Source of the DNA: Verrucomicrobiia bacterium | Lineage (GTDB): Bacteria; Verrucomicrobiota; Verrucomicrobiia; Limisphaerales; UBA1319 | Direction of reading: 5' to 3' | Assembly (NCBI GenBank): GCA_963664225.1 | Contig: OY760937.1 | Coordinates: 192,001 to 256,000, forward strand | Length of the DNA: 64,000 nt | Shown here: positions 47,539 to 58,578 of the stretch, one piece after another | Position numbering within the stretch: the first letter of the stretch is position 1 | Layout: every line of letters starts with the position of its first letter | Program-made: the position numbers and the translations under genes | The notes under the pieces: model-generated | The model's database searches: none | What the model saw: only the letters and a program-made list of their open reading frames with translations | Told to the model about the DNA's origin: nothing

Positions 47539-48819
47539 ATGAAACCGACGGATTTGCGGGGCATCCTTCAATATATTCCCCGATTCAGGGATAAAATATT
47601 TGTCATCAGCGTCGATGGCGCGATTGTGACTGGGGAGAACTTTGCCAACATCCTTCTGGATGTCGCGGTACTGCGTTCGCTGAATATTCCGGTTGTGCTG
47701 GCGCACGGGGCCTCAGCGCAAATTCGGACCCTCGGGGATCAGGCGGGAGTCACGCCCTCGGATTTGGACGGCACCGGAATCACGGATGAAGTAACTCTGA
47801 AGCTGGCGCTGACGGCGGCCAACCGTCTGACGCACGAAATTTTGGAGGGAATATCGGCCACAGATTTGCGGGCGGCTTATCCCAATGCCATCATCGCGCA
47901 TCCCATGGGCATCATTCACGGGGTGGATCATCAATTTACAGGGAAAATTGAGCGCGTAGATGTCGAACTGCTTCAAACGCTGCTCAACCAGGGGATTGTG
48001 CCGGTCATGCCTCCTTTGGGGTTTGATGGCGAGGGCAAGACTTACCGGGTGAATTCCGATAGCGTGGCGGTGGCGGTGGCGGTGGCCCTTAAGGCGACGA
48101 AGCTGATTTTTATCACCACTTTCGACGGTATTTATCACCAGGGCCAGCTCATTCGACAGATGATCGTGCAGGATTTGGACGAATTGCTGAGTGCCAGAAA
48201 GAATGAGATTCCGGCCGAAATAGCGTCCAAGGCAATGCATGCGGCCGATGCGTGCCGGAACGGCATACCGCGGGTGCATATCATCAATGGACAGGTCGAT
48301 GATGGATTGTTATCCGAAGTGTTTTCCAATGAGGGTATTGGTACGCTGATTTACGCCAACGAATATCAACAAGTCCGGCGGGCATTGAAGAAGGATGTGC
48401 GCAATCTGCTGATCATGACGCGGCGCTCCGTTGTGGCGGAGGAACTGGTCAAGCGCACCTATGCGATGATCGAGAAGCAGATCGGCGACTTTTATATTTT
48501 TGAAATCGATCGCAATCCCGTGGCTTGTGTCGCGCTCCATCAGTATCCCGAATATGGCAAGGGCGAGCTGGCCTGTTTGTGTGTCGAGTCCTCTCACGAA
48601 AACCAGGGCATCGGACGCAAGCTGATTCAGTTTGTTGAGAACAAAGCCCGGGAACTGGGATTGCAGGAGTTGCTTGTGCTTTCCACACAGGCCTTCACCT
48701 ATTTCCAATCCAAGGGAGGCTTTTTTGAGGGCACGCCTGACGATCTGCCGCCGTCTCGACGTGAGAAATACGACCAGAGCGGGCGGATGTCCAAGGTTCT
48801 CATCAAGAAACTCAAGTGA
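47539..48819 (+). CDS. argA: Amino-acid N-acetyltransferase (N-acetylglutamate synthase)
   Basis: Amino-acid-kinase domain plus GNAT domain; EVFSNEGIGT, GELACL, YDQSGRMSKVL. Confidence 0.92.
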   Translation: MKPTDLRGILQYIPRFRDKIFVISVDGAIVTGENFANILLDVAVLRSLNIPVVLAHGASAQIRTLGDQAGVTPSDLDGTGITDEVTLKLALTAANRLTHEILEGISATDLRAAYPNAIIAHPMGIIHGVDHQFTGKIERVDVELLQTLLNQGIVPVMPPLGFDGEGKTYRVNSDSVAVAVAVALKATKLIFITTFDGIYHQGQLIRQMIVQDLDELLSARKNEIPAEIASKAMHAADACRNGIPRVHIINGQVDDGLLSEVFSNEGIGTLIYANEYQQVRRALKKDVRNLLIMTRRSVVAEELVKRTYAMIEKQIGDFYIFEIDRNPVACVALHQYPEYGKGELACLCVESSHENQGIGRKLIQFVENKARELGLQELLVLSTQAFTYFQSKGGFFEGTPDDLPPSRREKYDQSGRMSKVLIKKLK

Positions 48820-49385
48820 ATCCCGTTTATTTGTCGCTGGCAGATTTTACGAGAAACTGTCGCCGAGTGGGGGTTCTGCCCACGCAATGGCTGCTTGTGG
48901 CGGTCGTTCAGGATCAAGCCCTATATTTGTTGAAGCGCTTTCAATCGTCAGCTATCACCGCAACCCGGTGGAATTGGCGGTTGCTTAAGCGATATAGGAT
49001 GTCCAGTTCAAGAGTTGGAATCGGCCAGGCGGAGGGATCGAATCGAACTCCGATGGGATTACATCGCATCGCGGAAAAAATTGGCGACGGATATCCGCCG
49101 GGAACGGTATTCGAGGGGCGCGTTCCAGTGGGCTGGACCTGGCAGGGAAAACCGGATGCGGCGATCGCAAATCGAATCCTATGGCTGCAGGGTTTGGAAC
49201 CTGGTGTGAACCAGGGCGGGGGCGTCGATACGCACGCGCGGTATATCTACATTCACGGGGTGGGGGATGAGACCACGCTGGGCCGACCTGCCTCGAGAGG
49301 CTGTCTGCACATGGCTGCGTCGGATTTGATCCCGTTATACGATCGGATTCCTTCCGGCACATTGGTATGGATTGTGGAACGGTGA
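48816..49385 (+). CDS. L,D-transpeptidase (YkuD) family protein
   Basis: TPMGLH, IYIHG, ASRGC. Confidence 0.85.
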   Translation: MNPVYLSLADFTRNCRRVGVLPTQWLLVAVVQDQALYLLKRFQSSAITATRWNWRLLKRYRMSSSRVGIGQAEGSNRTPMGLHRIAEKIGDGYPPGTVFEGRVPVGWTWQGKPDAAIANRILWLQGLEPGVNQGGGVDTHARYIYIHGVGDETTLGRPASRGCLHMAASDLIPLYDRIPSGTLVWIVER

Positions 49386-49611
49386 ATGGATTTGCGGAAT
49401 CTTAATATTCTTCCGGGCGGCATTGCATAATAATTGCCGCTTTTGCCCTTTCAGAGCTGTTGATTCTGGAATAAGTTCTCCCCGCGTTGGTTGTTTCAAT
49501 GAAATGTTGTGACGATCGATGGAAGTTCAATGTTCGATTGGCAGGCTGGGAAGGGAAATCGGCCTGGTGGCATGTGTGGCGTTGGAATGGTAAAATTCAG
49601 ATAATTAAATT

Positions 49612-51750
49612 ATGAGTGATGGTCCATTGACGACGGCGGAATTGAAGGAATTAACAACCGGATTAAACCTGATGGCGCGCAACCTCTGGTGGACCTGGAG
49701 TTTGGAGGCTCAGGAAGTTTTTCAAGAGCTTTCGCCGCGCACCTGGCAAAACCTCTACCACAACGCAGTGGCCATCTTGCATGAAGTCTCGGATTACGAG
49801 CTGCGGGTGCGGTTGCAGGATTGCGCATTTGCCAGGAAGGTCCGCGATGTCCTGAAGCGTTTCAACGAATACATGACGGAAAAGAATACGTGGGCCAAAG
49901 CTCACGCCTCTTCGTTGATTCCCAATCCAGTGGCTTATTTTTCCGCCGAATTTGGCTTTCATGAAACCCTTCCGATTACCGCGGGCGGTTTGGGAATTCT
50001 TGCGGGGGACCATGCCAAAGCCGCGAGCGATCTGGGCCTGGGCTTTGTGGGCATCAGTCTTTTTTATCGTTTCGGATATTTTCAACAGGCCATCAATCAG
50101 GAAAACTGGCAGACCGAGTACTACACCCTGCTCAATCCGCGCAATCTGCCCATTGAGCCGGTGTTCGATGCTCGTGGGGATCAATTGAAGCTCTCGGTGG
50201 AAATCGACATGAGCCGCGTTAATTTCCAGGTCTGGAAAGTGAATGTGGGTCGTGGCGTGGTGTACTTGATCGACGCGAATCTTCCAGAGAATGACCAGCA
50301 TTACAGGGATTTGACGGCGCGGGTTTACGGTGGGGACACAACCGTTCGCATCATGCAGGAAATGCTTTTGGGCATTGGAGGAGTGCGTGTGTTGCGGGCG
50401 CTGGGAATTCAGCCATCGGTATTCCATATGAACGAAGGGCACTCGGCCTTTTTGGCGTTGGAATTGATGCGTGAGAAAATGGCGGAAGGGAAGAATTCCA
50501 AGGATGCCCTGGAGTGGGTTAAAAAGCAGTGCGTATTCACCACCCACACGCCAGTTGAGGCCGGGCACGACCGTTTTCAAAAGGATTTGGTGGCGTATGC
50601 CATGGGCAAATTCCAAAAGCATCTCAAGCTGTCGATCAATGAGTTGATGGCGCTGGGGCGGGTGCATCCGCAAAACGAGGCGGAGCCGTTTTGCATGACG
50701 GTGCTGGCGCTTAAAGCGTCACGTTCTGCCAATGGCGTCAGCGAATTGCATGGGCAGGTGAGCCGGCGGATGTGGCGTTCCCTCTATCCGGGTCTGACCG
50801 AGGAGCAAGTGCCCATTGGACACATCACCAACGGCATTCATGTGCTGGGATGGATGAAGGGGAGAAACCGGCATTTCTGGCGTGAGAAGCTCGGAGCGCA
50901 ATGGGAAACCAAAATCAACGATCAGGAGACGTGGAATAAGATCGCGGACCCCAATTTCATCAGCGATGAGGAGCTTTGGGCGTTTCGCTACGCCATGCGC
51001 CGCGAATTGATTGAGTTTGCGCGTCGGCGGTTGTTGATGCAGGACCGGCGGTTGACCGAGAGTGATTTTATAACATTCGATCACCTGCTAAATCCCGACG
51101 CGTTGACCATTGGTTTTGCGCGTCGATTTGCCACTTACAAACGCGCGCCGCTGATTTTCCAGAGGTATGATGACATTGTCAAACTGGTGAAGGATGAACA
51201 ACGACCTGTGCAGTTCATCTTTGCAGGCAAGGCGCATCCGCACGATGAGGACGGCAAGCGATTCATTCAGCAAATCATCCATTTGAGCAAGCATTCGGAG
51301 TTGAAGGGACACCTGGTTTTTCTGGAGAACTACGATGTGCATGTAGCCCGCCAGTTGGTTGCCGGCTGCGATGTGTGGCTTAATAATCCGCGCCGTCCGC
51401 TGGAAGCTTCGGGCACAAGCGGTCAGAAGGCCGGATGCCATGGATGCTTGAATTTCAGCATTATGGATGGATGGTGGCGTGAGGGATACGATGGCACCAA
51501 TGGCTTTTCCATCGGTGACGATACTCATCCGGATTCCGTGGCCGAGCAGGACCGACGGGATAGCGAGAACCTCTTCCGCACGTTAACCGAGGAGGTCATA
51601 CCCAGTTTCTATGAACGGGATGCCATGGGCGTTCCACGGCAATGGATCGCCCGGATACGCCGGGCAATGGTCACATTGGTTCCCCGCTACAGCACCTGGC
51701 GCATGGTGCAGGAATATACCGAAAGATATTATCTGACGCACGAGTCCTGA
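49612..51750 (+). CDS. glgP: Alpha-glucan phosphorylase
   Basis: AYFSAEFG, GGLGILAGD, HMNEGH, FTTHT, RRFATYKR, EASGTSGQK. Confidence 0.94.
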   Translation: MSDGPLTTAELKELTTGLNLMARNLWWTWSLEAQEVFQELSPRTWQNLYHNAVAILHEVSDYELRVRLQDCAFARKVRDVLKRFNEYMTEKNTWAKAHASSLIPNPVAYFSAEFGFHETLPITAGGLGILAGDHAKAASDLGLGFVGISLFYRFGYFQQAINQENWQTEYYTLLNPRNLPIEPVFDARGDQLKLSVEIDMSRVNFQVWKVNVGRGVVYLIDANLPENDQHYRDLTARVYGGDTTVRIMQEMLLGIGGVRVLRALGIQPSVFHMNEGHSAFLALELMREKMAEGKNSKDALEWVKKQCVFTTHTPVEAGHDRFQKDLVAYAMGKFQKHLKLSINELMALGRVHPQNEAEPFCMTVLALKASRSANGVSELHGQVSRRMWRSLYPGLTEEQVPIGHITNGIHVLGWMKGRNRHFWREKLGAQWETKINDQETWNKIADPNFISDEELWAFRYAMRRELIEFARRRLLMQDRRLTESDFITFDHLLNPDALTIGFARRFATYKRAPLIFQRYDDIVKLVKDEQRPVQFIFAGKAHPHDEDGKRFIQQIIHLSKHSELKGHLVFLENYDVHVARQLVAGCDVWLNNPRRPLEASGTSGQKAGCHGCLNFSIMDGWWREGYDGTNGFSIGDDTHPDSVAEQDRRDSENLFRTLTEEVIPSFYERDAMGVPRQWIARIRRAMVTLVPRYSTWRMVQEYTERYYLTHES

Positions 51751-51830
51751 CGGACATTTGTTGGGTGGAGATTGCAGTCGCACGGCCTTTGGCGCCCGAC
51801 GCGTCAAGGCCCGGCGATTTACCATTATCT

Positions 51831-52952
51831 GTGAAACCTGACATTAAATCATTTTCCCGCGAAGAGTTGGTCAAACAATTCGAGGCTTGGAACGAGCCGG
51901 ATTATCGTCTGACGCAACTGTTGGACTGGCTTTATCTTAAGCGAGTGGCGACATGGGAGGCCATGTCGAACATGCCCAAAGCCCTGCGAGAGCGTCTCAA
52001 GGAGGGCTATCAGTTGGCCTTTTTGGAGATGGTCCGCAAGCAGGGTACCCGCGACGAAACGCAAAAGTTTTTGTGGCGTCTGCCGGATAACGCATTTATC
52101 GAGAGCGTTCTTATTCCAGCCAACCCCGCGCTCTACAGTGAGGCGAGTGATCGCCACACTTTGTGCGTATCCACGCAGGTGGGATGCGCCTATGGATGCA
52201 AGTTCTGCGCCAGCGGCCTCAATGGATGGAAACGCAACCTCGCGCCATTCGAAATAGTGGAGCAGGTGATGGCGGTGGAGCGCTGGCTTCACGAGGACAA
52301 ACCCGAGGGCGCGCCAGCCCAACCCGAAGCAGGGCGGCAAGTCCACAACCTGGTCATCATGGGAATGGGCGAGCCACTGGCCAATTATGACGCGTTGTTG
52401 AAGGCGCTGAGAATTCTTAACGCGCCGTGGGGCGGGGGAATTGGAGCGCGCAAAATCACGATTTCCACAAGCGGTCTTGCTCCGCAGATTCGCAGGTTGG
52501 CGGGAGAACCGGAACAATTCCGGCTGGCCATATCTTTGCATGGAGCCACGGATCTGGTGCGAGACCGCATCATGCCGGTGAATCGCAGGTATCCACTGTC
52601 CCAATTAATTTCCGCGTGTCAGGAGTATCTCGATAAAAAGGGGAAAATGATTTCCTTCGAATATATCCTGATCGCGGGTGTGAACGATGGGCTGGATCAG
52701 GTGGAGCCGTTGTCCGCGCTGGCGCGCCGCTTGCATGCCAAGGTGAATCTCATTCCCTATAATAAGGTTGAAGGATTGGATTGGACGAGGCCGGAACCTG
52801 CGGCACAGGAGGCGTTTCTTGAAAAGCTCAAGCAGTATCGCATCCCAGCCACGTTGCGCCGGGAAAAGGGTGGGGATATCGATGCCGCCTGCGGGCAGTT
52901 GAGGTTGCGGACGGAGAAGGAGCTTGCTGCTGTAGAGCCAAAAGGGATCTGA
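51831..52952 (+). CDS. rlmN: 23S rRNA m2A2503 radical-SAM methyltransferase
   Basis: CVSTQVGCAYGCKFCAS, MGMGEP, DIDAACGQL. Confidence 0.95.
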   Translation: MKPDIKSFSREELVKQFEAWNEPDYRLTQLLDWLYLKRVATWEAMSNMPKALRERLKEGYQLAFLEMVRKQGTRDETQKFLWRLPDNAFIESVLIPANPALYSEASDRHTLCVSTQVGCAYGCKFCASGLNGWKRNLAPFEIVEQVMAVERWLHEDKPEGAPAQPEAGRQVHNLVIMGMGEPLANYDALLKALRILNAPWGGGIGARKITISTSGLAPQIRRLAGEPEQFRLAISLHGATDLVRDRIMPVNRRYPLSQLISACQEYLDKKGKMISFEYILIAGVNDGLDQVEPLSALARRLHAKVNLIPYNKVEGLDWTRPEPAAQEAFLEKLKQYRIPATLRREKGGDIDAACGQLRLRTEKELAAVEPKGI

Positions 52953-52962
52953 ACCTTGCGGG

Positions 52963-54225
52963 CTATTTCAGGACGATTTTGCACGCGGCAAACGCCGCAA
53001 AGCCGAGCAATATGACAGTGGCTGCCCTGCCGGCCTTGGCAAGGTGCTCGCTTGCGGGCAGGGGGAGGGTCGGATCGTTTCGGGGAACGAGCAGGCAGCC
53101 CAGGAGCAACCCACCCACCAACCCGCCCAAATGCGCCGCGTTATCGACGATTTTATAGGCAAAAATTCCCATTACAGCCACCAGCGCGATGTTGATTCCC
53201 ATGTTGATGGCGAAGCCGGGGGGCAGGTGATGTTTGCGACGGTAGCCCAGCACGAATAAGAAGCCGATCAATCCGAGCAATCCGCCGGAGGCTCCCACCG
53301 ACATTTTTCCAGGCATCCACAACATGCTAAACAAGCTGCCCGTGATTAGGGAGACCACGAACGTCACAGCCAGATGGTAGCGGGTGGTCAGCACCTCGAT
53401 CAGCCGGCTCAATCCCACCAGTGCGGTGGCGTTGAACACAAAGTGCAGAACGCTGCCATGGAGCAGGGGGCCGGTGAACAAACGCCACCATTCGCCGTGT
53501 CTGACCGCCGCTTTGTCCAGGCCGACAGCCTTGATCGGTCCTTTAACCCCTTCAAACAATTCGAGCAATGCAAGCGCTCCGAGCACTCCCAGCAGGAGCC
53601 ATGTGAATTGAAGCGGGCGGGAAGCCACCCAGACCCGGTAGCGTTCCGTGTCTTGATCCACATGCCATTCGTCCCATTGGATGGTTTTGAAAAAGCGCAA
53701 GCCGCGAAACGCCTGCACCATTTGGAGCAAGCCCAAAACGAAGGCCAGCATCGTCCACATGGCGAAGGCGCCGTGACTGCTGCTACGCCGGCTTGCGTAG
53801 GCAAGCCATCCGAAAAAGAGGAGGCAAAATAAGCCAATCAAGAGCCGCGAGCGCAAATGCCGCCGGGTTCGCATTTTCAAGGCATCCAGCAAAAAGGGGA
53901 TATGGGAGACGGGTTGGATGCGCGGTGCGTCGGGGTGCCAGGCGAGATCAATCGTCGGAACATCGCCGGAGGCCACGCGATGCATCAGTTCATCCCGGGT
54001 GCAACCGACCGCTTTGCCGCGTAATACGTAGCCATAATCGTGACCGGGAAGCTTTTCGGGAAAAGCGTCCGCCTTGGCCCATGGCAAATGGTTTTGGGAT
54101 GAATCGGATTCGTTCACATTGGCCCGCGGAAGAAGCACCCATTCAACGGCTTGATCCACCGGACAACCTAAATTATGCAAGCGCCGGAGAATGACAAGCA
54201 GTGGATGCGCACTTTGGACATTCAT
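52963..54225 (-). CDS. Rhomboid intramembrane serine protease with N-terminal extension
   Basis: WWRLFT, H...HFVFN, GASG, AHLGG. Confidence 0.9.
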   Translation of the reverse strand: MNVQSAHPLLVILRRLHNLGCPVDQAVEWVLLPRANVNESDSSQNHLPWAKADAFPEKLPGHDYGYVLRGKAVGCTRDELMHRVASGDVPTIDLAWHPDAPRIQPVSHIPFLLDALKMRTRRHLRSRLLIGLFCLLFFGWLAYASRRSSSHGAFAMWTMLAFVLGLLQMVQAFRGLRFFKTIQWDEWHVDQDTERYRVWVASRPLQFTWLLLGVLGALALLELFEGVKGPIKAVGLDKAAVRHGEWWRLFTGPLLHGSVLHFVFNATALVGLSRLIEVLTTRYHLAVTFVVSLITGSLFSMLWMPGKMSVGASGGLLGLIGFLFVLGYRRKHHLPPGFAINMGINIALVAVMGIFAYKIVDNAAHLGGLVGGLLLGCLLVPRNDPTLPLPASEHLAKAGRAATVILLGFAAFAACKIVLK

Positions 54226-54275
54226 TCAGGCATTACGAGCCTTGTTAACTGAATGGAATTGCATTAAAAGAAGGC

Positions 54276-55232
54276 ATGATTTCATCTCCGCTCTTCAGAA
54301 GGTCCGTTGTTTGTGCCGGTCTGGTCATCCATCTTGGCATGACAGCAGTAGTCGGCCTGGCTCAGGGGTCGGATGGATCCGTGCAGCAGGGGGCGGGGCA
54401 TCGGTTTCTTTGCGCCGATTATACCCAGGGCAAGGTATTTGTGGTCTCGCGCGAAGGCCGGGTGGAGTGGGAATATCCGGCCCCCAATTGCAACGATGCG
54501 TGGGCATTGGCCAATGGAAATTATTTATTCACGACCGGGCATGGCGTGAAGGAAGTCAAACCGGATAAGACCGTGGTTTTCACCTATGAATCCAATAGCG
54601 AGGTATATGCCTGCCAGCGCCTTGCCGATGGGAATACTTTTGTCGGCGAGTGCAATTCCGGGAGGATGTTGGAAATCACCTCGGAGGGGAAAATTGCGCA
54701 TGAGGCCCGGCTGCTGACTGTCGGCCAGGATGGTGGACATCTGTTCATTCGTAATGCACGCAGGCTCGACAACGGCCATTACCTGGTGGCCCATTACAGC
54801 CAGCAAGTGGTGGTTGAATATGACCATGAAGGAAGAGAAGTGCGACGGATTCCCGCCCCCGGAGGTCCCCATAGTGTGGTGCGCCTGCCCAATGGCAATA
54901 CGCTGATCGCCTGCGCCGATATGGATAACGCAGGCCGGCGGGTCATGGAGGTGAATCCAGAGGGGAGGACGGTTTGGTCGGTGGCGGACGGGGAGTTGCC
55001 CGGCGCCAGCCTCAAATTCATGGCAGGACTACAGCGTCTGCCCAATGGCAACACAGTGATGGCAAACTGGCTTGGGCATGGGCAGTTCGGCAAAGCCCCG
55101 CATGTCATCGAGGTGACGCCTGATAAGAAGGTGGTATGGACTTTTTTCGATCACCAGATGATGAAAACCATTTCCACAATTCAATTAATGGATGTTCCCG
55201 GTGATTCGACTCATGGTGAAATCTGGCATTAA
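54276..55232 (+). CDS. Secreted beta-propeller protein of unknown function
   Basis: Repeated RL.NGNT(L/V)...EV.P.G..VW blades; signal-like N-terminus. Confidence 0.75.
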   Translation: MISSPLFRRSVVCAGLVIHLGMTAVVGLAQGSDGSVQQGAGHRFLCADYTQGKVFVVSREGRVEWEYPAPNCNDAWALANGNYLFTTGHGVKEVKPDKTVVFTYESNSEVYACQRLADGNTFVGECNSGRMLEITSEGKIAHEARLLTVGQDGGHLFIRNARRLDNGHYLVAHYSQQVVVEYDHEGREVRRIPAPGGPHSVVRLPNGNTLIACADMDNAGRRVMEVNPEGRTVWSVADGELPGASLKFMAGLQRLPNGNTVMANWLGHGQFGKAPHVIEVTPDKKVVWTFFDHQMMKTISTIQLMDVPGDSTHGEIWH

Positions 55233-55354
55233 CTCGGGGAAAAGGGTGTTGGCCATTTACAAATGGTGACTTGCTTTATAATACCATCGGATTTACAAAT
55301 GGTCTATATTTAGTCCCTGAACAATGGCCTTGCGGCCTGAACTATCCCTGATTT

Positions 55355-56137
55355 ATGGATCAAGAAAATCCGATTTTGCAGGATTCTGAGGTTTCAGCTC
55401 TGCCTCCGATGTCCTTGGGTTCACGCCTGGCCAATGTCTTTGTCAGCCCTGGCGAAGTGTTCGATCAGGTGAAATGGGGCAAGCCCTCCACAGGCAATTG
55501 GCTTGTTCCACTGCTGCTGAGTTGCATCATGATCGTGATATTCACCATGGTGGCTTTTTCGCAGCCAACCGTGCTGCAACAATTCAAGGACCAGCAGGGA
55601 AAGCAGTTCCAAAAGATGGTGGACCAGAAGAAACTGACTCAGGAACAGGCGGATAAGGTTTCCGAGAGCAGCGCCAAGTTTCTGGAATCGACGACGTTCA
55701 AAATCATCGGAAGCGTGGGGGCGTTAGTGGGGGGTGCGGCCTGGTTTTTTGCCCTGGCCCTGGGATTATGGATATTGGGCGCGAAAATTCTACATGGGAA
55801 CTATTCTTTCATGCAATCGCTTGAAATGGTCGGGCTCACGTCGATGATCGGGATCTTAAGCGCCATTATCGGAATTCTTATTGTCGTGGCCAAGGGGTCC
55901 TTGATGGTCAATTTCGGTCCTTCCTTCTTTATCGAGAAAATCGATCTGACCAACAAACTCCATCAGGTATTGCTTGCCTGTAACCTGCTCACATTCTGGT
56001 ATATGGGAGTTTTGTCGATCGGGGTTTCGCGATTGAGCGGGGCCTGTATGGCCAAGTGCGCCGGATCGATATTCGGAGTCTGGGCGCTCATCAAGGTGGG
56101 GACCATAGTGTCCGGTTATGGCTCTGGAGGCTTTTGA
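55355..56137 (+). CDS. Yip1-family membrane protein
   Basis: NVFVSPGEVF and 5 TM segments; lies upstream of the MacAB-like exporter. Confidence 0.75.
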   Translation: MDQENPILQDSEVSALPPMSLGSRLANVFVSPGEVFDQVKWGKPSTGNWLVPLLLSCIMIVIFTMVAFSQPTVLQQFKDQQGKQFQKMVDQKKLTQEQADKVSESSAKFLESTTFKIIGSVGALVGGAAWFFALALGLWILGAKILHGNYSFMQSLEMVGLTSMIGILSAIIGILIVVAKGSLMVNFGPSFFIEKIDLTNKLHQVLLACNLLTFWYMGVLSIGVSRLSGACMAKCAGSIFGVWALIKVGTIVSGYGSGGF

Positions 56138-56281
56138 TAAAGCGCGCTATCGGGCAACCAATGGGGGACGATGATTTACAAACCGCTGAATTGGATCACG
56201 ATGAGCGGAAACAATCATGACTTCTTCTGAAAATAATCTGCAACAAATGGTTTTTCCCAGTGTCTTAATAGGACGTAACCG

Positions 56282-57703
56282 ATGAGTACTAAAAAAAATA
56301 AAACTCTAAAAAAGGTCATCATTTTTTCGGCGATCGGCCTGTTGATCGCCGGGTTGGGGCTTTATGCGTGGCTGCGCAAACCAGCGGTAGTTGTCACGGT
56401 CAACACGGAGAAAGTGGCACGTCGGAATTTGACAGAACTGGTGGTGGCCACCGGCAAAATCCAGCCCGTGGTGTATGTGAAAATCAGCCCCGAAGTCAGC
56501 GGCGAAATCATCGCACTGCCCGTCAAGGAGGGCCAGACCGTCAAAAAGGGGGATTTGCTGATGCGGATCAGGCCGGATACCTATATCGCCAACCGGAACA
56601 TCGCCGAGGCCAATCTGAAGGCCGCCCAAGCCCAAAACACGATGTCCAAAGCGAATCTCGACAAGGCCACTTCCGAGATGAAGCGTTACGAGGATCTTTA
56701 TCGCACCAAGCTGGTTTCCGATTCCCAGTATATCGAGGTGAAAACGGCATTTGATGTCGCTGTGGCATCGTATGAGTCGGCCAAATATCAGGCGGATAAC
56801 GCAAAAGCCAATCTGGCGCGAGCAGAAGAGGATCTTTCCAAGACGACCATCACATCCCCGCTCGACGGCACGATCAGCAAGCTCAATTCCCAATTGGGCG
56901 AACGGGTTGTCGGCACCGCGACTTATCAGGGTACTGAAGTCATGACCATTTCGGATTTAAACGACATGGAGGCGCGTGTGGATATCGGTGAAATTGATGT
57001 GGTGTTGATTGCAGTGGGCCAGAAGGCGCGGCTCGAGGTCGATTCGTTCCGCGATCGGAAGTTCACCGGAATCGTTTCCGATATCGCCAACACCGCAAAA
57101 TCGGCCGGTTCGGGGCAGACAGACGCAACGAAGTTTGAGGTTCGCATTCGCGTTCAGGAAAAGGAGGTTTTCCGTCCCGGAATGTCCGTGACCGCTGAGA
57201 TTGAGACGCGCTATCGCACGAATGTTCTCACAGTTCCCATACAAAGTGTGACGACCCGGACGCCCAAGGAGACCCCTCCAGGCAAGGGCGGAACCAATGC
57301 TCCGACTGCCACGGCGAATGCCTCCAAGGATCAAACCAACGCGATGGCCAAAGTGGAGAAAAACACCAACTCGAATGCGCCGGCCACGGATGCGGGAACT
57401 GTCTCTGGCACGAATGTCACCGGAGCGACCAATATTTCCGGTTCCAAGAAAGCCAACGAAGTTATCAAGCCGGTGGAGGTGGTGTTCATGGTGGCGGATG
57501 GCAAAGCGAAAATGGCCAAGGTCAAACGGGGCATTAGCGACGATTCCTACGTGGAAATCCTCGATGGCCTGACCGAGGGAACCGAGATTGTATCGGGTGG
57601 CTATAAGGCCATCAATCGTGAGCTGGAAGATGACAAGAAGGTGAAGGTGGATAACAACCGCAAGGACGCCGACAAGGATGATAAGAAAGAGGGCGGACAG
57701 TAG
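56282..57703 (+). CDS. Efflux membrane-fusion protein (MacA/HlyD-like)
   Basis: ISPEVSG, VKEGQTVKKGD, ITSPLDG, RPGMS. Confidence 0.9.
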   Translation: MSTKKNKTLKKVIIFSAIGLLIAGLGLYAWLRKPAVVVTVNTEKVARRNLTELVVATGKIQPVVYVKISPEVSGEIIALPVKEGQTVKKGDLLMRIRPDTYIANRNIAEANLKAAQAQNTMSKANLDKATSEMKRYEDLYRTKLVSDSQYIEVKTAFDVAVASYESAKYQADNAKANLARAEEDLSKTTITSPLDGTISKLNSQLGERVVGTATYQGTEVMTISDLNDMEARVDIGEIDVVLIAVGQKARLEVDSFRDRKFTGIVSDIANTAKSAGSGQTDATKFEVRIRVQEKEVFRPGMSVTAEIETRYRTNVLTVPIQSVTTRTPKETPPGKGGTNAPTATANASKDQTNAMAKVEKNTNSNAPATDAGTVSGTNVTGATNISGSKKANEVIKPVEVVFMVADGKAKMAKVKRGISDDSYVEILDGLTEGTEIVSGGYKAINRELEDDKKVKVDNNRKDADKDDKKEGGQ

Positions 57704-57765
57704 AATGATGCCAGGCCAAAGCCCATAGACGGCTGCGGGTTTGGAAGGCGTGCTGCGGCCAACGA

Positions 57766-58494
57766 GTGGTTGACATGATTACGATTAAGAAATTATCCAA
57801 GATTTATCAGGTGGGAACGGAAACGATTCACGCGCTCCGTGAAATGGATCTGTTCATTGACCGGGGTGAGTATGTGGCCATCATGGGGCCATCGGGTTCC
57901 GGGAAATCCACATTGATGAACATGATCGGGTGTCTCGACACGCCCACTTCAGGGGTGTTTGAGCTCAATGGGATTAATGTCAGCGACATGGACGACAATG
58001 AACTGGCTGAGATTCGGAACAAAGAAATTGGTTTTGTGTTCCAGACGTTCAATTTGCTGGCTCGATCCAATGCGTTGCACAATGTCGAATTGCCGCTGAT
58101 ATACGCGGGCGTGCCTTCTGATGAGCGGCGGCAAATGGCCTTGGAGGCCCTGGATCATGTGGGTCTGGCGGATCGTGTGCATCACAAGCCCAACGAAATG
58201 TCCGGCGGTCAGCGCCAACGGGTGGCTGTGGCACGGGCATTGGTCAACAAGCCTTCCATCATTCTGGCCGATGAGCCGACCGGCAATCTGGATTCCAAAA
58301 CAGGCGATGAAATCATGGCCTTGTTTGCCGCTCTGGCTCGCGCAGGCAATACCATCATTCTCGTCACGCACGAGGAGGACGTGGCCCGGCACGCCCGCCG
58401 CATCATTCGAATCCGCGACGGACGCATTGCCAGCGATGAATTGCGGCAAGCTTCAAGCCCGGGCGGCATTCCCAGCACGGCGGCCGCAAACTGA
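57766..58494 (+). CDS. ABC transporter ATP-binding protein (MacB/LolD-like)
   Basis: [31 protein letters not shown]. Confidence 0.95.
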   Translation: MVDMITIKKLSKIYQVGTETIHALREMDLFIDRGEYVAIMGPSGSGKSTLMNMIGCLDTPTSGVFELNGINVSDMDDNELAEIRNKEIGFVFQTFNLLARSNALHNVELPLIYAGVPSDERRQMALEALDHVGLADRVHHKPNEMSGGQRQRVAVARALVNKPSIILADEPTGNLDSKTGDEIMALFAALARAGNTIILVTHEEDVARHARRIIRIRDGRIASDELRQASSPGGIPSTAAAN

Positions 58495-58578
58495 TGGTAT
58501 GAGTTGCGTCCTCCATGCCAACCTGATGGAAACATTGTTCGAATACAGGCTTCAATCCCTGGCCAGGAGCTGGCGTTT